A stretch of DNA of 64,000 bases from Macrostomum lignano (taxonomy: Eukaryota), in the NCBI GenBank assembly GCA_002269645.1, contig NIVC01000001.1:806001-870000 (forward strand). The letters are read 5' to 3'. The position numbers were made by a program, and so were the translations under genes. Under the pieces are notes generated by a model that saw only the letters and a list, made by a program, of their open reading frames with translations, ran no database searches and was not told the origin of the DNA. Positions 12,101 through 22,284 of this stretch are shown here, piece after piece (the stretch's first letter is position 1; every line of letters begins with the position of its first letter).

Positions 12101-15003
12101 CAACTCAACTCTCCGGATTCATTGGTTAGGGTTAGGGTTAGGGTTAGAACTACGCACAGCTTCGTGTTAAAAGGCACTGATAAACTATTGAACTAATTGA
12201 ATCAATTCATTGCGCAACCGATTTCACAGTCAGTCAGTATCAGTCTCAGTTAAAGTTAACAAAAACATTGCGCAATCTAAATCAACCCTCCAATACAAAG
12301 CAACTGACCCCCTTCCTATACACAGCGCCAGTTGGAAGTCGAAACCCCCAACTTTATCTCTCACCTCTCGCCAAAATGAGTACAATCTTTGCAGAAAGTT
12401 TAAAGTATGGAAATAGTTTTTGCAATGCAGAGCTTTTAGTTTTCATATTTGAAGCAAACAATTTATATCCCTGAAATCAGCTTTGCAAGTTCTTTCCAGC
12501 AATATAAATTTTTTCTCTCAAAGTTAAAAACTCGAGCAACAGTTTGCGTTTGAAACTTTCTGATTTAAAGCATTGAAATATCGATTGTACGTTCACTGCC
12601 TGCTAAAGAGGCCCGCAAGTTTATGCATTGAATTTCAACGTTCAACAAAATCACAGGGCTGCCTATTGAAAATTAGAACACAAATCTTTGCGCAATTGTC
12701 TATACAGTCAGCCAGTGAGCCAGGGTCCGATTGTACACAGGCAGCCATTTAGAACGCCCCATCCCCCCACTGGAGAGAAAATACACTGCAGAGATAGGGA
12801 AAAGTTGTGGCGCAATCACTTGAAATTCATGCAAATTTTCAGCTCCAAGCAGAAAGAGGGGACAATTAAGATTATCAAAGGTCAAGACCGCCGTTTTCTG
12901 CTTTTTTGAGGATTTTAGAAATTAAAATTTCAGAATTAAAATAGCCTATAGCCGACCTCGGATAATTTCCAATCTTCCCATATAAGTTTCAACGCTAAGT
13001 TGCCACTATTCAAGGAGGAGTTGTCGAAATGACAGACAGACACACAGACAGACAGACAAACAACGCGTCAACTTTAGTATATATAGAGAGAGTGGAACTC
13101 CTCCTTCGGAGGAGAAAGGGGAAGAACTCCCATCACCGGAATTCCATTCCTTGAAATCCATCAGCTGCATCCCATGACCCGAATCCCATCTCCCAAATTC
13201 TTTAAAAACCTTTCAAAGACCATAGCTCAAAGACTCTCACGTCTCTCATATCTCCTCTCTTCTGTCTTTTCTATCCTTTCTATTCTCTCTTCTCTCCTCT
13301 CATTTTCTACCTTCTCTAATCTCTCATCTTTTCTCTCCTATTTTCTCACTCTCTTTTCTCATCACATCTCTCATCTCTCCTCTCTGCACTCTTATCTTTA
13401 CCCTCTTCTTTCTCCTTACTGCTTATTTCTCATAACTCTCACATCTTTTCTGATCTTTTTTCTCTCTCCCTTCTCCTCTCTCTTCTCTCTCCTCTTTCTC
13501 TTCTCATCTCTACTCCCTTTATCTATCTCTTCTCCCTCGTCTTTCGTCTCTACTTTCTCCGCTCTCCTCTCCTCTCTCCTCTCTCCCTTGTCCTCTCATC
13601 TCTACTACCTTATTTATCTCTTCTCCCTGATTCCCTGGTAATTCGTCTCTACTCTTTCCTGTATCTCCCCCCTCTTTTCTCATATCTTCTCTCTCCTCTC
13701 TCAACTCTCATCCCTCATCTCACTCTTCTTTCTCCTCTACTCTCTCCTATCTTCTATTTCCTTCCTATTGACTTTGACAATAAATTATCTCTTGTAGACA
13801 TTCTGATCAATGCTTGGCAATTGGTTGCTTTGATGATTTTCTTTGCATTAACTGGTTTTTCGTACTCCATATTGCTTTCCCTATGGAGCTTTGCAATATC
13901 CTCCTAAATCCTTGCACTCCTGTCACTCCCTCAGCATTTGAAATATCCCCTCAGAACTCTGCACCCCTGTCACGATCCCTCACCATTTGAATATCTCCAA
14001 CGAATATATTCTCATTCGCTAAGTAATTTCGTTTAAATGATTTAGGCAAGTTGGAAACGAAAGTTATTAATTGAATTTTTTAGAAAAAGGCCTCAACACG
14101 TGTAAATTTCAAGATTTCCTTCCCTTCTGTGCCTCATTTTACGAAGCCACATGTGTTCAGTTATGACTTAAAAGGCGTTTTAAGGCGTTTTGCATTGTGT
14201 AGAAGCAGGTTTAAAGTTAAAGTTTAGCAATTGATTTGAGATTTAGTATATAGTGATGATATAAGCTGTAATAATCATACATTGATGGAAATTTGTGAAG
14301 AGGCCTTTTGCATAATTACTATTTGTATTTACATTGAAAAAATTAGTATTGTACATTATTTTAATTTAGTGACGCCGAAAAGTTCAAAAGCATAATAAAA
14401 ATAGCAGTAGAAGTATCGAGCTGGGATTTTTATATAGGAAGTGAAAAATATGAAAGTGCTTAATTGTAGCAACTAAATTTTAATAATAATTTTCCATCGC
14501 TTAGTTCTACTGATAGAAAATTTTGGCAAATATTTACAACCTGGGGAATGTATTTGTACGCATGATAATGGAGGGCATCCTGAAAAAAAGAATTTGTAGA
14601 AAAAGGATAAAGTGAATTTGATAAATTAATCGACAATTCTATGTGGCTGATAGAATCCCCATATGGAACAGTTAATTGACAGTCTTGAATAGCTAGCAGC
14701 GAATTTTTCTAGCTTAGCGGGAATTTTCACAAAGGAGCCAAAATTGCCGAGTTGCTATGAATTTCGACACGGCGTATGTAATTTTTGATGCCCTGAATTA
14801 TCGAATGGGTATGAGTAATGTATGAGTAAATGTATGAGTAATATACAATAAATGAAGGATGACATGCAGAATTCATGAGGCACCGGATCAGGGCAAGCAC
14901 GATAAAACACTTGATCAGATTGAAGTAATTGCACGGAGCTGCAGCTGGGCGCAAATTGGTCACAGCTTGGGCTTCAGCGACTCCGAAGGCTGTCCAGGGG
15001 ACT

Positions 15004-15165
15004 CTGGCCGGTGGCGTCCTCAGCTACCGGCGTGTCGACCCTCAGATCCCTGAGCAGCAACGGGCCATTGGGACAGCAGCAACGGGCGGGCTGATGGCAC
15101 ATTCAGCTCGGGTCGATGTTGAGAGGCCAGTCGTTGAAGTCAAGTTTGAGCAGCTCCGGCGGGAA
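15004..15165 (-). pseudogene. Decayed duplicate of a Pif1 helicase segment (copy B)
   Basis: FPPELLKLDFNDWPLNIDPS*...NGPLLLRDLRVDTPVAEDATG aligns by eye to RepHel FPPELLNRLDPNGLPHH...NGTRLLLRELRDNVLLAEVATG. One in-frame stop. Confidence 0.7.
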
Positions 15166-15586
15166 GGAAAATGAGGGGAGACTTTAAAGCATGAATCAAG
15201 TGTTCTAGGGCTATAAAAATCTTTTAATGTTTTAATATTAAAAAGCAATAAAAAAGTGGGGCTTGATCGGGTGCAAATAAATTAATAGAAAGTGCGAAAT
15301 ATCAGTCTAGCCTGCAGCAGGGCGTTTCAGATGTTAATCTTAATTTCAAAATTTCATTATTTACTCGTATACTGCACGTGAAGCATTATTTGCTGTTAAA
15401 TTTTTAGTTTGAACTTGCAAATTATAGCTTAAATAGAAATTAAGTTATAGATATTTTACTTTTGGCTGAGCTGCAGCCCAGACTTATTATTTACAATGAC
15501 AAATCCGGCAAAAGAAGGACACGAACCCGGTCACCTCGGCGCGCTGCTTTGCCTGCGAGGGAGCTGTCGCAGGTCAGTGTTGCGCG

Positions 15587-15709
15587 CCGCGGGATGAAGG
15601 CCGACCGCCTTTGAAACTGGGCCGCAGCGACCACGGCGACCAGTTCATTGTCCCGCAGATCTCGATGAAGTAACCGGGCTCTACGTCAGCGGCGAGGTCA
15701 GAAGTTGCG
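15587..15709 (-). pseudogene. Decayed duplicate of a Pif1 helicase segment (copy A)
   Basis: RNF*PRR*RRARLLHRDLRDNELVAVVAAAQFQRRSAFIPR aligns by eye to RNLDPPLLCNGTRLLLRELRDNVLLAEVATGIYRGRQVFIPR. Two stops. Confidence 0.7.
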
Positions 15710-15944
15710 TGCTAGGGTGAGAAAATAAAAATTTGGCAGTCAAATTGAGTATGAAAATTCGAGTCAATTTCCGTTATAGACTCCCTAAGCATCTATGTCG
15801 GTGTCGGCTACTTTCAGACTTAAATTTTGACTTTTAATTTCCATATTGCCGGTATTGCCATATTTATATTTCGGGTCACCCAAAAAAGTACAGGCTGAAA
15901 TACACTAAATTCAGCTAACGACACTAAAATATGTATTTAGGGAT

Positions 15945-18900
15945 TTAACAATTGAACTTACCAATGAGCTGCCGCAGTACGATGTTCTGCGTCCGACCGC
16001 CTGGGGCGCGCACCTTGACGCCCGATGCACTCCGCGCACGACTCAGAGCCACGTAGAGCTGGCCGTGCTGAAAGCAGCCTGTCGTCAGGTCGACGGCGTA
16101 GGTGCTCAGCGATTGGCCCTGGCTCTTGTGGATGGTCATGGCGAAGCATGGCCGGATTGGAAACTGCAGGCGGCGGAACGTGAAGGGCAGCTCAGTAGGA
16201 CTCGGCTCCTGTGGGATTCGCGGGATGAACACCTGCCGCCCACGGTAGATGCCAGTGGCGACCTCCGCGAGCAGCACGTTGTCCCGCAGCTCACGCAGCA
16301 GCAGCCGGGTTCCGTTGCACAGCAGCGGTGGGTCGAGGTTCCGCATCATCATGACCGGCATGCCGACCTTGAGCTCCAGCCGGTGATGCGGCAGGCCGTT
16401 GGGATCAAGTCGGTTCAGCAGCTCCGGTGGAAAATTGGTAGCTGCCACATCGTCGTTCGGAATTGAATCGACTGATAGATAGGCCCGACTGTCTCCAGGA
16501 AAGAGCGCCAGGCAGGCGGCGTTGGTCTCGTCTACCGTCCTGTTGAGCGGCGACAGAATGCTCCGCTCCGCGAACATCTGGTCACGGTGCGGGCTTGGCT
16601 CGAACGACGGGTAGACGTGCCGGATGAGCTGCTCAGTGGTCGTGTCATAAGGCATGAGAATCTCGCTAGGCAGGGAAACCATGCCCTCTTCGTCCTCTGG
16701 TAGCTCTCCGTTGCCAACCTAATGGAATTGAGGAATAAAAGAGACATTTCACGTCATAGAGTTATTTATTTAGTCTCTGTAAGCATGCAGAAATCGATTT
16801 AGAAGAATATTGTACATATTTTGAAATTTGTTTTGGAACGTAGATTATGAATGAAAAGCATTAATTTAAAATTTCGTGCAAAATAGTGAAGGAATTATTT
16901 TCTCACCTGCATAAGAAAATCTGCGTAGCTTTTGGCATCAGAGTCGCTCTCGAGCCGCAGATTTCTGGTCAAGTGGTGCTGCTGGAAATGCGGCCACAAA
17001 GCCGACTGAGTCAGGCAGGCGTCGATCGTGTTCGCCTGCGTTCCTCCGGGCACCACAGCCAGCAGCTGGCGGAAGTCGCCGGCTAGCACCAGCAGCGCTC
17101 CTCCGAACGGCTGCTCGACCCGCAGCAGATCTCGCAGAGACCGGTCCACGATCTCCAGGTCCTTGCGGTGAGTCATCGGTGCCTCATCCCACACGATGAT
17201 TCGCGCATTCCGCAGAATCTCTGCGAGCTTGCTCCGCCTGCCGATGGAGCAGAAGGCACTGTCTTGCCGAACTGCGCAGACGGGTATCTTAAACCTGGGC
17301 GGAGAGGATGAAGATTCAAGTTGAACAGCAAAGCTCGATATGAATTGATTAGGAAACGGAAGCCGCTAAAATATGCAAGCAAGAGTCACAAAAAGTGCTA
17401 GCAAAGCAGAAATAAAATCAGAAAGGGCGGCTCACATTGAATGTGCGGTCCTTCCACCGGGAAGAATGGTCGCCGCAATTCCAGACGATGCCACCGCTAC
17501 AGCAATCTGACGCTTCGCTCGAGCAGAATTAAGCAGAAGCGTCAGCAAGAATGTCTTGCCCGTGCCGCCGGGAGCATCGATAAAGTACAGACCGCCACCG
17601 CCGGCCTGCATGCTGGACTGAATGGCGTCGAAAATGGCCCGCTGCTCGCCAGTCAGGGTGCCGATTTGCGCCATGACTTTTGCCTGGAGCTCAACTGCTT
17701 CTTCGTTTGTCGGCAGGCAGTCAGTAAGTCGGTGGGTCTGGGAAAGAGAAAAGAAATTGCTTATAGAAGATTTTGTTTATCAGTTCTGCATTAAAGCTGC
17801 ACTTTATAGCCTTCCTCAATAGTAAAATTTTCATATTACGTGATTATTTTTTCCGCATAAATGAGTACTGGTAAGAAATAAAATTACAGAAATAATACTT
17901 TCATAAGAATAAGTGCACTTACCTGATCCGGCTCTACCCGTGGCTTAGGCAGGCCGTAGGCAGGCAGCTCGGATCCTCCCATGGTCTCCAGAAAGTTCTC
18001 CAGTTGCCGCAGCACTTCCGACTCGGCAGCTTCGGTGCTGTAGCCCTGGTGCAGCAGGTCGCCAGCCAAGTCACTGGAGAACTCGCACCACAGCTTCGGT
18101 GGATCGCTGGGGTTACCATGGGTGAGAATTGCCGCGAAAAGCCGGCGCAGAGCTGCTGGCAGCCGCGTCTCCACAGCCTCGCGCATGCACAGCTGCCAGT
18201 GCTTGTCGTCTTCCAGCAGCCCTCTCGCCTGGCAAGCGGCCTTGAAGGTCGGCAGCAGGACGCCGTCAACAGTGCGCAGCGCCTCGAATGACGTCGGGCC
18301 GCGCACGTTCACCAAGAGCAAGCGCAAGTAGAAGCAGTCGCCCATCCGAGGACTGACTGTGTAAATGCGGCCGATATTGCCGGTCGTCAGAACGCCAGCT
18401 GGCTGACCGGCAGTCTCTCGGCCGCGACCTGCGCGATGCCAGGTGTGCGCCCTGTTGTCCCAGGTGAAGTGCCGGGGCACCTCTTGGTAGAGCAGGCCGC
18501 GGGCGACTTCATCTTGGCGACAGAGCTGGCAAGGTGTATGAATGTGTCATGATATTAATTATTACAGTAAAAAAAGCTGAGTAATGTTGACTGCTTTAAT
18601 TAATTTGAAGCAATCTAGTATAAGCATTGCCTAGAGTACACAGAGATATAAGCAGAAGCAATAGTTGGCTGAAAGACTTACATCAAAGAAGGCGGTCAGA
18701 GTCGTGTCTTTAGGCCGAGCAGCAACAGCCTGGGCCGTCTCGCGAGTGAAGAAGACCCGCTGCTCGCCCTTCAGATGGACGGCGAGTCTGATCACAGGGG
18801 GTATCGGCTGTGCACTTCAAAGCCCAGGATCGTATTGACCGCTTCCATTGGACCGATGTACCTGCCCAGAAGGTAGTCCTTGATCTCGTCAATCATCTTG

Positions 18901-21900
18901 CCGTGCGCCGACTGACCGACAGTAGGGGCAGTAGTGCTGGCTGACGCAGATGCAGCCTCTTGTCGGACTTGATAGGCAGCCATGTCGCTACCCTTGGTGA
19001 TGTACTTGACGACATACTTGATCGCCTTGACTGTCGCGCAGATCTCGACATTAAGGTGACAGCGAAACTCGCGCAGCAGCGCTGGGCAGTACGGAACCAC
19101 CCAGCGGTTGTCGAAGGTGAAATTCGCCTTCTGACCGCCGCGCAGCTTGGCCATCTTTGTCACCGAAAAGCCGCCCATCTCGACAGATCTGCGGCAGTAG
19201 TGCGGGTAGCCGTCTTCTTCAACCCTAGTGGCTGCTAGGAATTCCCTCGGGTAGCGTTTGCTGCAGACCCCGTTCTCCATGCACGGCGCCGCCGGGTTGA
19301 GCTGCTGGCCACACGGACCATGCAGCAGATTCTCGGCGACCAGCTTGTGCAAGTCCGCGTCGGCAACTGGGTCCGGGATCTCGGCGCTGATGATTGAGTC
19401 GTACTGGTCCGGCTTCAGCTTGTCGGCTAGCCACAGCAGAGCGTGCACGTGGGGAAGACCTGGATGTGGATAAAATTTAATTTTATTGAAATTAACGAAA
19501 TTTTGGAGGCGACAGATAATGCTACAGTTTAAAGCTTAAAAGTACACTTGCCTCGCTTCTGGTACTCCAGCGAGCAGACTCGAGCCAGAGTATCTCCAAA
19601 CAGACTCTTCAGCCTGTTTAGGAAGGCCTTCTTCTTCAGCTCGAACACCCGGGCGGTGATGTCCGGCCGATCGACGGCAGTCTGGCCCGGAAGCAGCTCA
19701 GCCAGAATCTCGGGCCACTTGGGGTTACACGTCATCGTCAGGAACAGGTCTGGGCGGCCATAGGCGTGAACGTATGCCATGGCATCCTGCTGACGCTCAA
19801 GACGGTAACGTGGCCCTCCGACGTAGCTGGAGGTCAGGATGATATGCTTCCCGACTTCTTCCGGGTTGCCGTCGTCCTCGTGCAGCGCGTCTCGGAGACC
19901 GCGAAGACTCTCGGACTGCAGGTCTTTCTGGTGCTGCCGAATGAAGCTGAGGCGCTCGGACTCGATCTTGGCAGCCTGGTCCACCAGGTACTGCTGGAAG
20001 AGCCGGCGACCGTACAGCAGGCTGTTGAACTGGCCTGGCCGCACCTGAATCATGAAGGCGTAGAACTTCATGTTGGTGATGCCGCGATCCTGCTTGAGCC
20101 CAATGTGCCAGCCGTCCTCACCGAAGGGGAATAGGAGCACATACTCCAACGGATCATAGGAGCGGTGGGTCTCGCAGATATCTTGCAGGCCTGCGAATGA
20201 GTAAAAAGAGAATTAGGAAGTAATAGAGGAGATAATCAAGAATCTGGAAAGATTAGCTCTAGGGGAGAATAAAACTTTACCGCTCCTATAAAGTAATTGG
20301 AGGTACTTCATATAAGCCATAATTGCAGTAAATTAATAATGTGCCTGTCGATGCCATAGAACTCACCACCATCTCTCAGACGCAAGATCACATCCCGTCG
20401 CTGCGCCTGAATTACGCCTTCATCATCGCCAAGGTCCGTTAGGATGCCAACTTCACTGCACTCGGGCAAGTTGAAGCGCCGGACATGCTCCCCAGATGGG
20501 CGGGCATCTGAGTTAATCACGACCTTGGCGTTCTGCAGCTGCGGATCGCTGCGCAGCAAGTCGACTGCGGACTTGAAGCTGCGCACGTAGCTGTTGCAGT
20601 CGTGCAGAGTTGCCTGCAGTTCCGCCAGCAGACGGCTGTTCAGCCCGGTGGCCCACTGTAGTCGAGTTTGCAGCTCCTCGTCTACAAAGAAGACCTGGCA
20701 GAACCGAGCCGGGTCCCCCGGGTTTGGCAACAGGCTGCCGATCCGATGGTGCATCTGACCATGGAGGATGAAGCTCGGCTTCCAGCCGGGCTGCTCTCGC
20801 TGTGCAGCACCGAGAGATGTCATGTGGAGGGCGCCGTTGTACTTCCGAATGTCCTTGAGGAACTGCGAGCTGTCCGGATGCTCGCCAGTCAGCAGTCGCT
20901 TCAGGACATCGGGTGGATCACGGCGCGGCTCCAGGTGGGTCTGCAAGTGGGGTTTAGAAAATTCCTCATCTTAAACAGGTTATAAAAATTACGGCATGGC
21001 AATCAGTAAAAAACTAAAAAATGTAGCATTTGCATGCTCTTGCTAGGGTATTCATTAAGTGTCTAAAACTTTATGCCATTGATAAAGAAATGAATAAAAT
21101 GATCAATAGAACTGATTAATAAAACTGGACTCACCTTGCCAGAGTGGCAGCAGATGCTGGCTGGCTCGTCGTTCCAGCGTAGCGCGCCGCAGTGCGAACA
21201 CTGACGGTCCATGCGGCCGAGGACATGTGGCTGGTGTGCCAATTTCAGCAGTCTGAGAAGCAAAAAAATGGGAAATGTAATTATGAGGATCATTTTAGTA
21301 AAGATGCTGAATGTGGATATAAAGTCCTATTACGCTAGGAGCCTTTTACGTAAAGGTTGTAATGTATGGGCTACAAAAATATACATTATAAAGGGTTATA
21401 ATCTATCTTCTATATATACTAATTTTCACGTGTTGTTTGTCCGATAAGAAGTAATAATAAACTAATTTTAATAATAATAATGATAATACTACTAATAATA
21501 ATAATAACTAATAATAATAAGAATTAATTAAAAAAGAACTAATAATACTTATCATAGAATATTATACACAGTAAAAGCATTGATGTACATTGTGAAATAA
21601 AAATGAGTGAAACGCCTACCTGTCTCGGCGCCGGTCTGCTTGCGCATGCAGACGCAGGTCGTGCTCATCAGCGGCCTCAGCCGTGCGATGCTGACTCTGT
21701 CGCTGCCGCTGCACGTCAAGGCGATGCATGTGGACCGTCTCCGATTCACTCGCGCGGCATTCCGCTGTGTGCTGCCGGTCTAGCTCGCGGCGATGCTGGC
21801 GCTCGGCTTCACCCTCAGCTGCGCGGTCTTCAGCTGTTCGCTGCCGGTCTAGCTCGCGGCGATGCTGGCGCTCGGCTTCACCCTCAGCTGCGCGGTCTTC

Positions 21901-22167
21901 AGCTGTTCGCTGCCGGTCCTGCTCGAGGCGATGCTGGCGCTCGGCTTCACCCTCAGCTGCGCGGTCTTCAGCTGCTCGCAGCCGGTCTTGCTCGAGGCGA
22001 TGCTGGCGCTCGGCGTCGCCCTCAACTGCGCGTCTTTCCGCCTGGCAAAGCCTATTCTGCTCCAGGCGTGCTGCATGCTCCTCTGGTGTCTCGGAGTCCC
22101 TCCGCTTCTTGGCACCAGATGCAGCGCGTGTAGAGCGGGACAAATTGCCTCGTCCGCGTTTAGGCAT
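15945..22167 (-). CDS. Helitron Rep/Helicase (HUH endonuclease plus Pif1-family SF1B helicase), 9 exons, ~1574 aa, one 1-nt frameshift
   Basis: Exons (minus): 22167-21620, 21252-21135, 20940-20367, 20190-19552, 19459-18682, 18525-17923, 17737-17436, 17294-16907, 16718-15945. All phases join. Total is 4724 nt, and one extra base in the G5 run at 18797-18801 restores the frame (YPPVIRLAVHL). Motifs: CSHC...CC Zn finger, PDLFLTMTCNPKW, EYQKRGLPHVHALLW (HUH), KYVVKYITKG, DAPGGTGKT (Walker A), WDEAPM (Walker B), GDFRQL, AMTIHKSQGQS, QLYVALSR. Confidence 0.92.
21700..22095 (-). repeat. 69-bp coding repeats: 23-aa STPR-like units at the RepHel N-terminus
   Basis: ETPEEHAARLEQNRLCQAERRAV / EGDAERQHRLEQDRLRAAEDRAA / EGEAERQHRLEQDRQRTAEDRAA and similar, 5-6 units. 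Confidence 0.7.
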
Positions 22168-22272
22168 TACAAAAGAAAGGAATATATTTAAAGAAAATAT
22201 TTAAAAAAATATTGAGAGGCGATTGAAACAATCCGGCCAAGTGTGGATCGGTGGTATCGAAACAAAACGTGA

Positions 22273-22284
22273 CTTTATATAAAG
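22273..22284 (-). promoter_or_regulatory. Possible TATA box of the RepHel gene
   Basis: Palindromic CTTTATATAAAG about 106 nt upstream of ATG 22167. Position only, no other support. Confidence 0.3.

Noticed and set aside
4667-13704. Leu/Ser-rich ORFs that look like membrane proteins
   Set aside because: They are translations of CT-rich low-complexity blocks in Helitron units
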